Part shown: positions 7,126-14,065 of the stretch, in pieces | Layout: each line of letters starts with the position of its first letter | Position numbering within the stretch: position 1 is the first letter of the stretch | Source: an uncultured Candidatus Micrarchaeota archaeon | Lineage (GTDB): Archaea > Micrarchaeota > Micrarchaeia > Burarchaeales > Fermentimicrarchaeaceae | Assembly: GCA_963760615.1 (NCBI GenBank) | Contig: CAVXDX010000002.1 | Span: 1-14,065, forward strand | Reading direction: 5' to 3' | Length of the DNA stretch: 14,065 bases | Notes under the pieces: generated by a model | Databases searched by the model: none | Told to the model about the DNA's origin: nothing | The model's input: the letters and a program-made list of their open reading frames with translations, nothing else | Position numbers and translations under genes: made by a program

Positions 7126-7704
7126 ATGCCCAACGAAGGCAAGATTATTGTATCTGTCCACTGCGACGTTATCTGGAAGGCTGCCCGGGTGAAGTTCTTC
7201 AGAAAGAAGAGAAAAAGGTACTTCATGGGCAACCTTGACAACGTGATCTGCGTCGGCGCCGTCCTGCGTTCAGTAATACCGCGCGTCAAGGACAGGAAGA
7301 CAAAATTCTACTTCACCAATGGAGAGGAGACAAACATGGAGGGGGCAAAGAAAGTGCTGCGCAGGGAGGGTAAAGCCCTCTACATTGCCATTGATGTTAC
7401 GCAGGCAGCCAGGAAGTCTGATGTGAACGTTGAATGGCCGCAGAACGTCAATAAAAAGGAATTGAGAAAGGTCCTCGGGCGCATCCCCAAATTAAAAATG
7501 GGCTTCAAGACAGGCCACCCAGATGAAACAATGATTTACGGCAAGAAATACCCCACATTCTCACTTAACATACCGCTTGAAGGCAACATGCACGGTCGGT
7601 CCTGCGTCTCCTTCTGGAAAGTAAAGCATTTCGGACTTTCCATCGTTGAAATACTGCACAGGATAAGAATGAACTACGACAAGATATGCGAATTCAAAGC
7701 CTAG
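7126..7704 (+). CDS. Minimal Zn-dependent exopeptidase-like protein (M28/M42/M20 clan)
   Basis: Metal-ligand motifs occur in canonical order: VSVHCD (HxD), GNLDN, TNGEE, IAIDV and NMHG. The protein is only 192 aa. Confidence 0.7.
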   Translation: MPNEGKIIVSVHCDVIWKAARVKFFRKKRKRYFMGNLDNVICVGAVLRSVIPRVKDRKTKFYFTNGEETNMEGAKKVLRREGKALYIAIDVTQAARKSDVNVEWPQNVNKKELRKVLGRIPKLKMGFKTGHPDETMIYGKKYPTFSLNIPLEGNMHGRSCVSFWKVKHFGLSIVEILHRIRMNYDKICEFKA

Positions 7705-8185
7705 TGACCATGACGAGTGCCACTCCCACAAGAAAGCTTGCAACGTTGTTTATAATGCTCATTGCAATTGCATCAGACTTCTTTATTCCCTTTCTGTTCA
7801 ACAGGAATATCACACCCGCCTCTAGTACAATCACCCCAACCTCGCCAATAAACAGCGCGAGTATGTAAGTTGTCGCGATGGAGTTAAGCAAACCAAACCC
7901 TATGGGAATAATTACACCTACCACTATGACAAAACCCCACAGCAGAGGCAGGGATATGATGTTTGCAAGTATGACGCTCAGCAGCACCCACTTGCTGAGT
8001 CTCTTCACGTGCAGGTAAATGAATGAGGTAACGAGCTCCACCCCCAGCGTTATTACCCAGAAAGCAAGCAACACAATGAGAGCAGCACCTAAAATCATTA
8101 CCCCCGCAAATGGGTCCATTATATCTGCGTATACAATACCCGCCAAGTACCCCAGGAGAAGAATGAGTATTGGTAACTTCTTCAT
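7694..8185 (-). CDS. Hypothetical multi-pass membrane protein with signal-peptide-like N-terminus
   Basis: ATG 8185 (MKKLPILILLLGYLAGIVYA) is preceded by the SD-like GGGTGGGG and lies 13 nt after the upstream stop. About five hydrophobic helices carry embedded E/N residues (GVEL, LANI, IGEVGVIVLE, INNVASF). The 3' end overlaps the peptidase gene by 11 nt. Confidence 0.8.
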   Translation of the reverse strand: MKKLPILILLLGYLAGIVYADIMDPFAGVMILGAALIVLLAFWVITLGVELVTSFIYLHVKRLSKWVLLSVILANIISLPLLWGFVIVVGVIIPIGFGLLNSIATTYILALFIGEVGVIVLEAGVIFLLNRKGIKKSDAIAMSIINNVASFLVGVALVMVTRL

Positions 8186-8198
8186 AACCCCACCCTTA

Positions 8199-9554
8199 TC
8201 AGTACAGATACCCCCACGTGTACAGCATGTCACTGTCCAGGTTCCATCTCTCCCCTATATCTGTCCTGTAGAACATGTTGGGAATCATAACGTTTTTCAC
8301 CCTTGAGTACGCCTGCTTTCTTGCGTCATCCATGGTAACTCCCGAGCCGGTAACAATCAAGGCATAGCCAGACTGCCCAGCAAGTCGCCAGTCATCCTCC
8401 ACAAGCTTCACATCACCAAGGTGTATCCCATCAAGGTTTGACTTCTTGAACAGGATGGTTGCATCTTCTGAATACTTCTTGAAAGCATCCGGGTCTTTGA
8501 ATGGGAAGGGCGGGACTGCAACAACCACGCAAATCTGGAACCCCTTCTTCGTTTTAACCTCTTTCGCCTGCCCAGCTGCCAGCTCCTTGAGGAAGGTGCT
8601 CCAGTCACTTGTAACGCCCTCAATCTGCAGGCTTATTGTTGGATACCCCCACCTCGAGGTAAATTCAAGGGGAAATATGCCTCTTGAGTTGACAATGCAA
8701 TTTAGGTCGAAGTATCCAGAATAACCAGATGCTTCAAGCATCGGCTTCATCTTCAGAAGTGTTTCATTGAAAAGCTTGTTCGGCGGGCACCAGAAAGCTG
8801 CGGTACCCATCTCTCCTGTATTCGGCCCCAGTCCGCCAGGAAACATCTTCTTGTGCTCGAAATTTATGAATATGGGCTGCATGAAATCCGTTCCATTGAA
8901 GAATGCCCCCACTGCAACCTCCACACCCTGCACAAACTTCTGGAGCTGCAGGCTCATCTTCTTTGACCAGCTCTTCTTATAGTGCTCCAGCACATTCAGC
9001 ACGTCGTTTCCGTCCTCCTCCTGCCCTATGAAGACCAATTCCTTCTCGTTCTGCGCCCTGCCGCTGGGCTTTATCACATACCTATCAGGGTTCTTCTTAA
9101 CGAACTCTATTGCATCATCAAATCCTACGAAATCCCAATGAGGCAATGTGTTGACTCCGGCTTTATTCAACTCATCCTGCCCGAACTCCCTGTCATCCTC
9201 CAACATATCTGTGTAAAGAGAGCCTCCGACAACCAACTTCCCATCCTTTCTCAAATCCTCAGCAATCTGCCCGAAACCTACATCGTCTAGAACAATCACA
9301 TCAGCCCAGTCCTTGAACTCCTTCCAGTCGTCGCACTTGTCCACAAACCCATCGCAAACATCCTTCTCTGATTTATCTCTGATGTAATACTTTACCTCGC
9401 TCCCCTCCTTCTTAACCTGCCAGGCAAGGTCTCCAATCAGGCCCTCATAGGAAACAAACAAGAATTTCAGTGGTTTCTTCTCCTCTTTTTTCTCTTCCTC
9501 CTTAGCTTTCTTCTCTTCGACTGCAGCCGCAGCGCCATTTGAGTTGGGAGACAT
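8199..9554 (-). CDS. purD: PurD-like ATP-grasp ligase (phosphoribosylamine-glycine ligase family, divergent subtype)
   Basis: ATP-grasp motifs YVIKPSG and QKFVQGVEVAV, plus GPNTGEMG (PurD GPNTGGMG) and EFTSRWGYP (PurD EFNxRxGDPE). It lies near purSLQ. Start 9554 was chosen from promoter geometry; an alternative ATG is at 9569. The family assignment is solid but PurD function is uncertain. Confidence 0.65.
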   Translation of the reverse strand: MSPNSNGAAAAVEEKKAKEEEKKEEKKPLKFLFVSYEGLIGDLAWQVKKEGSEVKYYIRDKSEKDVCDGFVDKCDDWKEFKDWADVIVLDDVGFGQIAEDLRKDGKLVVGGSLYTDMLEDDREFGQDELNKAGVNTLPHWDFVGFDDAIEFVKKNPDRYVIKPSGRAQNEKELVFIGQEEDGNDVLNVLEHYKKSWSKKMSLQLQKFVQGVEVAVGAFFNGTDFMQPIFINFEHKKMFPGGLGPNTGEMGTAAFWCPPNKLFNETLLKMKPMLEASGYSGYFDLNCIVNSRGIFPLEFTSRWGYPTISLQIEGVTSDWSTFLKELAAGQAKEVKTKKGFQICVVVAVPPFPFKDPDAFKKYSEDATILFKKSNLDGIHLGDVKLVEDDWRLAGQSGYALIVTGSGVTMDDARKQAYSRVKNVMIPNMFYRTDIGERWNLDSDMLYTWGYLY

Positions 9555-9577
9555 GAATTGATTTGACATTCAATTAG

Positions 9578-9590
9578 TTATAAACTTTTC
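9578..9590 (-). promoter_or_regulatory. Archaeal BRE-TATA promoter (GAAAAG TTTATAA) of the PurD-like gene
   Basis: The minus strand reads gaaaagTTTATAA. The first T at 9584 is 30 nt upstream of ATG 9554. Confidence 0.65.
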
Positions 9591-9602
9591 TAGTCACCGC
9601 AT

Positions 9603-10412
9603 TTACTTCACTTTAAATTTTTTGAAACTCTTGCTCACTTCCTCGCTCCAGAAGCTTGGCAGCGCATTCTCAACAATTCCGCGGAACTCATCAGAATAGA
9701 CAAAAGTCGCCTTTGCTGCATCCGCTCTGCTTTCCCTGAAATTTCTTTCAGCCTGCTCATAAACTTCACGTATCTTCTTTCTCTCAAAATCTTTCTGGAG
9801 CAATGATGGCTTCCTGAGAAGGAGGTAATCCGCCTGTCTTATGGCATTCACCTCAAGGTTTGCGGAATTTTGTGAGATGAAGAGCACGCTCAAATCTTTG
9901 TGCCTCGCTATAAGAAGTAGGTTTGAGAGAAGCTTGTTCGCGTCTGACATGGAGTCACGCGAGGAAAAAATAATCCCTCCCTCATCAACAAGTACGAATG
10001 AACCCTCCTTTATCTCATCAACACTTCTCACCACCTTTACCCACCCAGGCAGGATATCCTCCCTAAACCCCATTGCGCAAACCTTTCTATTTGTTTTTGC
10101 ATGAACATTCTCCAGAATTCTCAGGCCAAGAGCGCTCTTCCCACTTCCCCTTGCGCCGATTATCAAGCCAACAGTGCTTTTAGAATTGAGCAGCTTCTCC
10201 TCAAACCCCTCCAATGAGCCATCAACCACATTGACAACCTTTAGCTCTACATAGGCTGCGCCCGCCCTTGGCTTCCTTGCCTCAACTCCAGCACTTCTCA
10301 CAGAGCCAGTTATGAGATGATACGCAGAACCAAGAAGCCAGATTATTACTCTGAAAAATGAGCTGAATAAATTTACCACGAAATTCCACAAGGAACTCTT
10401 CTTCTTTGCCAT
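9603..10412 (-). CDS. P-loop ATPase, Zot/filamentous-phage pI-like (FtsK-HerA superfamily-type), with N-terminal hydrophobic/amphipathic segment
   Basis: Walker A IIGARGSGKS, Walker B VLVDEGG, and downstream ARHKDLSVLFISQ (RH...Q signature). The N-terminus is LWNFVVNLFSSFFRVIIWLLGSAY. Start MAKKK at 10412 is preferred over 10433. Confidence 0.72.
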   Translation of the reverse strand: MAKKKSSLWNFVVNLFSSFFRVIIWLLGSAYHLITGSVRSAGVEARKPRAGAAYVELKVVNVVDGSLEGFEEKLLNSKSTVGLIIGARGSGKSALGLRILENVHAKTNRKVCAMGFREDILPGWVKVVRSVDEIKEGSFVLVDEGGIIFSSRDSMSDANKLLSNLLLIARHKDLSVLFISQNSANLEVNAIRQADYLLLRKPSLLQKDFERKKIREVYEQAERNFRESRADAAKATFVYSDEFRGIVENALPSFWSEEVSKSFKKFKVK

Positions 10413-10450
10413 GCTATTAGAATAAACACACAATAAGAAAAACCTTGCCT

Positions 10451-11098
10451 CTACTCAAACCCCTTCTTCTTTCCCCAACCAGCTGTATCCTGGGTCCACT
10501 CCAAGACAATTCCTTCCTGCTCCTTGCTTATTATCTTCTTTGCCGTAGCCCTCTTCACCAGAGTGCTTATATCAGTAAGCGGTATCAGCTCAACACCCTC
10601 CTCTCCGAAACCCTCCACAGATTTGGGCATCTGGTAAGTAAATATAACAACGCAATGAGTTGGCTTTGCGCCTGCTGCCTTTACTGACTTCACTGCATTC
10701 AAAGAGCTTCCACCCTGGCTTATCAAATCCTCAATCACAACAACTCTTGCGCCTTTCTCCAACTTCCCCTCAATTAGATTCTGCTTTCCATGGTCTTTCT
10801 CCTCCTTCCTCACATACACCATGGGCTTCTTTATCCTGTCAGCCAGCCATGCGGCATGCGGTATTCCGGAGGATGCAACTGCTGCAAGGCAGTCAACATT
10901 CTTAAGGCCGATTCTGTCGCGCAGGACCTCCTCGTACGCGCCAACAACCTCCTCCCTCTCCCTCACATGCGACATGAGCAGCCTGCAGTCCGTGTATATC
11001 GGGCTCAGTATACCGGATGCATACCTGTATGGCTTTGCAGGGCTCAGTGTAACAGCTCCGATGTCAAGCAGAATATCCGCAATTCTCTCCTTGCTCAT
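10451..11098 (-). CDS. pyrE: Orotate phosphoribosyltransferase
   Basis: Motifs SGILSPIYTDCR and YVRKEEKDHG, plus the PRPP-binding loop VVVIEDLISQGGS. ATG 11098 follows the SD AGGTGG. Confidence 0.95.
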   Translation of the reverse strand: MSKERIADILLDIGAVTLSPAKPYRYASGILSPIYTDCRLLMSHVREREEVVGAYEEVLRDRIGLKNVDCLAAVASSGIPHAAWLADRIKKPMVYVRKEEKDHGKQNLIEGKLEKGARVVVIEDLISQGGSSLNAVKSVKAAGAKPTHCVVIFTYQMPKSVEGFGEEGVELIPLTDISTLVKRATAKKIISKEQEGIVLEWTQDTAGWGKKKGFE

Positions 11099-11106
11099 CC
11101 AACCAC

Positions 11107-11910
11107 CTATTCCCTCCATGAATAATACTCGCCCAAACTCACTTTCTTCCCGTACTTCAGCCTTGCAAACTTCCCAAACTCACTCATCTTTGAAAGCTGT
11201 TTTGAGGAGAAGACAGGTCCGTCAACACAAACCCTGTAACCATCTATCGCGCAGCTCCCGCATACGCCAAACCCGCAGTGCATATACCTCTCCAATGAAA
11301 GCTGGCACTCAACCTTCTTCCTTTTGCATACCTCGAAAACTTTTTTCAGCATCATCTCAGGTCCACACCCATAGACAACGTCAATTCCATCTCTCCCAAT
11401 GACTCCCTCCAGCAAATCGCTTGCAAAGCACTTCTTCCCGCAGGAGCCGTCATCTGTTGCGTACTCCACCTTCCCAACCTTCTCTATTCTTTTTCTGAAT
11501 ATAAACTTTCTTTCACTTCCGGCGCCCATTATAACAACAGGCTTCTTCTTGGCGAGCTTCTCAGCAAGAGTAGCAAGAGGCGCCGTACCCATTCCACCAG
11601 CAATTATACACGGTCTTTTGCAAATATCCACATCAAATCCATTCCCATATGGGCCTCTCACACCAATAAAATCGCCTTTCTTCAGCTTGAAAATTTCCTC
11701 TGCGAATCTCCCCTTCTTCTGCACAGTAACTGCTGCCTCTCCGTCCAAGTATGATAAAGCGAGAGGCTTCTCATCAACTCCAGGAAGCCACACCATGACG
11801 AACTGCCCGGGAATTGCGCCCGGTATGCTCCCTTCTAGGAAAATCGTCCTGACCTCCTTATTCTCCTCAACAACTTTCCTCACACTATTCGAAACTGGCA
11901 TGTCACTCAT
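11107..11910 (-). CDS. pyrK: Dihydroorotate dehydrogenase B electron transfer subunit
   Basis: Motifs PGQFVMVW, RGPYGNGF, AGGMGTAPL and CGPEMM, plus the 2Fe-2S motif ERYMHCGFGVCGSC...RVCVDGPVF. The start ATGAGTGA overlaps the pyrD stop; an alternative ATG is at 11901. Confidence 0.95.
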   Translation of the reverse strand: MSDMPVSNSVRKVVEENKEVRTIFLEGSIPGAIPGQFVMVWLPGVDEKPLALSYLDGEAAVTVQKKGRFAEEIFKLKKGDFIGVRGPYGNGFDVDICKRPCIIAGGMGTAPLATLAEKLAKKKPVVIMGAGSERKFIFRKRIEKVGKVEYATDDGSCGKKCFASDLLEGVIGRDGIDVVYGCGPEMMLKKVFEVCKRKKVECQLSLERYMHCGFGVCGSCAIDGYRVCVDGPVFSSKQLSKMSEFGKFARLKYGKKVSLGEYYSWRE

Positions 11911-12814
11911 GCGCCACACCCACAAGCTTCTTCACATTCTTGCAACCATTCTCCTTCATCCAGATTTTCATCTCCTCACACACCTTGCTGAAAATCTCAA
12001 TTCCCCTATAGTAAACTCCACTCCCTATCCCAACTGCAGATGCACCTGCCTGCATCATCTCAATTACATCCCTCCCTTCCATGACTCCGCCTATGCCGAG
12101 AATTGGAATGTCCACTGCCTCGTATATCTCATAAACACATCTCACCGCAATTGGTCTTATCGCAGGACCGGAAATTCCCCCCTTCCTGTAATCCAGCACA
12201 GGCTTCCTCGCCTCTATGTTTATCAGCATGCCAGGCCCCACAGTGTTTATTGCAGCTACTGCATCTGCGCCTGCCTCCTCACATGCCCTCGCGACATTTG
12301 CAATATTCAATGCCTGCGGAGTCAGCTTAGGCATCACAGGAACCTTGCCGGCGACATCCTTCACAGCGGCAACAACCTCTCCAACAAGCTTCTCACTGCA
12401 CCCGAAAACCATGCCCTCTGCCTTCGTGTTGGGGCAGGAAACGTTCAGCTCAATCACTGCCGGTTTATACCCTGCAACTGCTTCTGCAACCTCCTTGAAC
12501 TCCCCAACAGATGCGCCGTATATACTTACAAAAACAGGCACCTTAACCTCTCTCATCCTCGAGAGGTCTTCAGCCATATCCCTGTAGCCCGGCGAGGGAA
12601 GCCCCACTGCGTTCATCACACCCCATTCATAAACTACTACCGTGGGGTTCCTGTGCCCGCTCTTAACTCTGGGACCTATGGACTTAAACGTTACTGCACC
12701 AGCCCCCTCCTCTGCAACCCTCTTCAGCATCTCCACATTGCTGCCCAGGAAGCCAGATGCCAGCACGGTGGGATTCTTCATCTTTGCTCCGCAGAATGAG
12801 ACCGATAAATCCAC
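11903..12814 (-). CDS. pyrD: Dihydroorotate dehydrogenase family 1B catalytic subunit
   Basis: Motifs KNPTVLASG, VTFKS, ELNVSCPN (catalytic Cys), PKLTP, AINT, GGISGPAIRP and GIGGV. The GTG start follows the SD GGGGGTGA. Confidence 0.96.
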   Translation of the reverse strand: MDLSVSFCGAKMKNPTVLASGFLGSNVEMLKRVAEEGAGAVTFKSIGPRVKSGHRNPTVVVYEWGVMNAVGLPSPGYRDMAEDLSRMREVKVPVFVSIYGASVGEFKEVAEAVAGYKPAVIELNVSCPNTKAEGMVFGCSEKLVGEVVAAVKDVAGKVPVMPKLTPQALNIANVARACEEAGADAVAAINTVGPGMLINIEARKPVLDYRKGGISGPAIRPIAVRCVYEIYEAVDIPILGIGGVMEGRDVIEMMQAGASAVGIGSGVYYRGIEIFSKVCEEMKIWMKENGCKNVKKLVGVAHE

Positions 12815-12951
12815 TCAGTTCACCCCCTAAACTTACAGAAGTGGGGAATAAAAGCTTATCCGCAGTCACAAGTTATACGGTCGTACTTCCTAAAAACCCA
12901 CCACGAATTTGCATCCATCAAAATTCTACTGGGCTATCTACCGAAATGATT

Positions 12952-12975
12952 ATAAATAAGATTAGTCTTATTTAT
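12952..12975. promoter_or_regulatory. Perfect 10-bp inverted repeat overlapping the TATA box: putative autoregulatory operator of the TA operon
   Basis: ATAAATAAGA-ttag-TCTTATTTAT, with TTATAAAT at 12950-12957, GGTG at 12981-12984 and ATG at 12990. Confidence 0.7.
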
Positions 12976-12989
12976 CTTACGGTGTTTAT

Positions 12990-13262
12990 ATGGACGTGGA
13001 ACTAGTAAAAGTATCCTCACGAGGGCAGTTTGTGCTTCCTCTCTCAATCCGAAAGCGTTTTGGTATAAGTAAAGGAGAAAAGCTGATGCTTATCGAGAAG
13101 GATGGTAACATCACCCTAAGACCGGTCAAACAAATGAAAAAAGATATCGAAGAGGAAATCTACCTGATGCTCAGAGCTGAAAAAGGCTGGAACCTAGTAC
13201 GAGAACGCAAGGCAAAGAAGATGGCCAAGAGTGACTTCCTCAAAGAGCTGTCTGCATGGTAA
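12990..13262 (+). CDS. AbrB/MazE/SpoVT-family DNA-binding antitoxin
   Basis: VKVSSRGQFVLPLSIRKRFGISKGEKL is the typical AbrB swapped-hairpin signature. The 90-aa gene overlaps the downstream toxin gene by 7 nt. Confidence 0.9.
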   Translation: MDVELVKVSSRGQFVLPLSIRKRFGISKGEKLMLIEKDGNITLRPVKQMKKDIEEEIYLMLRAEKGWNLVRERKAKKMAKSDFLKELSAW

Positions 13263-13507
13263 AAAATATTGTCTTCACCTCGGCTTTTGAGCGCTCGATA
13301 AGAAAGCTCAAGGATGCTGCAGTCAAGGAACGCATAAAAAAACAGATTGCGGAAATAATCGAGCGGCCGAAAATTGGAAAACCACTCAGATTTGAGAAGA
13401 AGGGAGAGAGATCCGTGTGGCTTCCCCCTTTCAGGATTATCTACGCTCTACAGGATGATACAATCTATTTCCTTGATTTTGATAAAAGAGACAAGATCTA
13501 CCGCTGA
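13256..13507 (+). CDS. RelE/ParE-superfamily type II toxin
   Basis: 83 aa, basic, with IVFTSAFERSIRKL, PKIGKPLR, RSV..PFRIIY and C-terminal KRDKIY. It is translationally coupled to the AbrB gene. Confidence 0.87.
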   Translation: MVKNIVFTSAFERSIRKLKDAAVKERIKKQIAEIIERPKIGKPLRFEKKGERSVWLPPFRIIYALQDDTIYFLDFDKRDKIYR

Positions 13508-13533
13508 TTTAGGAGATAAAAATTCATGCTGGT

Positions 13534-14052
13534 TCACAAACTATAAGGCCGTACCTCTTCAAAGCTTACAATAAACTTCTTTCGTGGGCATCCCTCAACC
13601 TTCGCTCTCGCCTTCTCGCAGAGGTTTCTTAGAGATGCGATGAAGAGCACCAGCTCCCTGCCCTTCCCATTCCTCTCAGCCTCCTGCGCCCTGCTGAGCA
13701 GAGACTCTACATCCCCCTCAGTAACTTCTTCTCCCCACTTCACCTCTCCAAGAATAAGATATTTTGAATTCAGCCCGATCGCATCAAAGCAGGCGTCACC
13801 CCATGCGCTCCCGGCAACCTCGTAAGGGGGGCGACAAAACCAGCATGTATCAATGCATCCCTCACCCTGTCTCTTGCGAACTTCTCCCATCTTTTCTACT
13901 TCTACAACCTTTCCATTTTCCAGCAAAACCTCCTGGTAATTGCCGGTATACTCCAAAGCGCACAGAATTTTTCTTCTTAAAAGTGAAATGGGGTCTTCTG
14001 CTTCTTCCTTCGCTTCAACAGCCTTGTCCTCCTGTACCTTGCTTCTCAGCAT
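13534..14052 (-). CDS. PD-(D/E)XK restriction-endonuclease-like domain protein (possibly 5'-truncated)
   Basis: FDAIGLNSKYLILGEVKW matches D-x10/12-E-x-K, as in DUF234-type archaeal ATPase-associated nuclease domains. The reading frame stays open to the window edge (WVLA precede the Met). Confidence 0.65.
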   Translation of the reverse strand: MLRSKVQEDKAVEAKEEAEDPISLLRRKILCALEYTGNYQEVLLENGKVVEVEKMGEVRKRQGEGCIDTCWFCRPPYEVAGSAWGDACFDAIGLNSKYLILGEVKWGEEVTEGDVESLLSRAQEAERNGKGRELVLFIASLRNLCEKARAKVEGCPRKKFIVSFEEVRPYSL

Positions 14053-14065
14053 AGCAAGAACCCAT

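Noticed and set aside
10413-10450. Oligo-T terminator or TATA box between pyrE and the ATPase
   Set aside because: The TTTTTCTT tract on the minus strand is too weak and ambiguous to call either way.
10821-11402. 193-aa plus-strand ORF
   Set aside because: It is an antisense shadow of pyrE/pyrK with low-complexity Ser-rich translation.
11399-12799. 466-aa plus-strand ORF
   Set aside because: It is an antisense shadow of pyrD/pyrK with no recognisable motifs and a Ser/Pro/Leu/His-rich composition. The minus-strand genes are unambiguous.
12815-12940. ncRNA, tRNA or PyrR-type attenuator upstream of pyrD
   Set aside because: No cloverleaf, convincing stem or PyrR-binding loop was visible, and no pyrD promoter could be placed confidently.

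Overview
Archaeal genomic window, judged from BRE/TATA promoters, GGTG-type ribosome-binding sites and an archaeal-style gene set; a DPANN-like lineage is a guess. It has four blocks. (1) 1-2727: two tandem, very cysteine-rich genes. The first runs off the left edge and ends in four copies of a CC-x7/9-C-x4-C-x15/16-C-x3-C module. The second is a 598-aa protein with an N-terminal membrane anchor, 13 copies of a C-C-CC-C-C (knottin/conotoxin-framework-like) six-cysteine module, a unique central domain and 11 N-glycosylation sequons. (2) 2807-6253: a purS-purL-purQ FGAM synthetase operon. (3) 6292-10412: five accessory genes between the convergent pur and pyr operons: an orphan CheR-like SAM methyltransferase, a minimal M28/M42-like metallopeptidase, a membrane protein, a divergent PurD-like ATP-grasp ligase and a Zot/pI-like P-loop ATPase. 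(4) 10451-14065: a pyrD-pyrK-pyrE operon (minus strand), an AbrB-RelE toxin-antitoxin pair with a palindromic operator over its TATA box, and a PD-(D/E)XK nuclease-like ORF at the right edge. No rRNA, tRNA, CRISPR array or transposase was recognised. The strongest novelty candidate is the locus of modular disulfide-rich, knottin-like surface proteins. The second is the accessory cluster of divergent enzymes. All family assignments come from motif reading by eye, with no database search.
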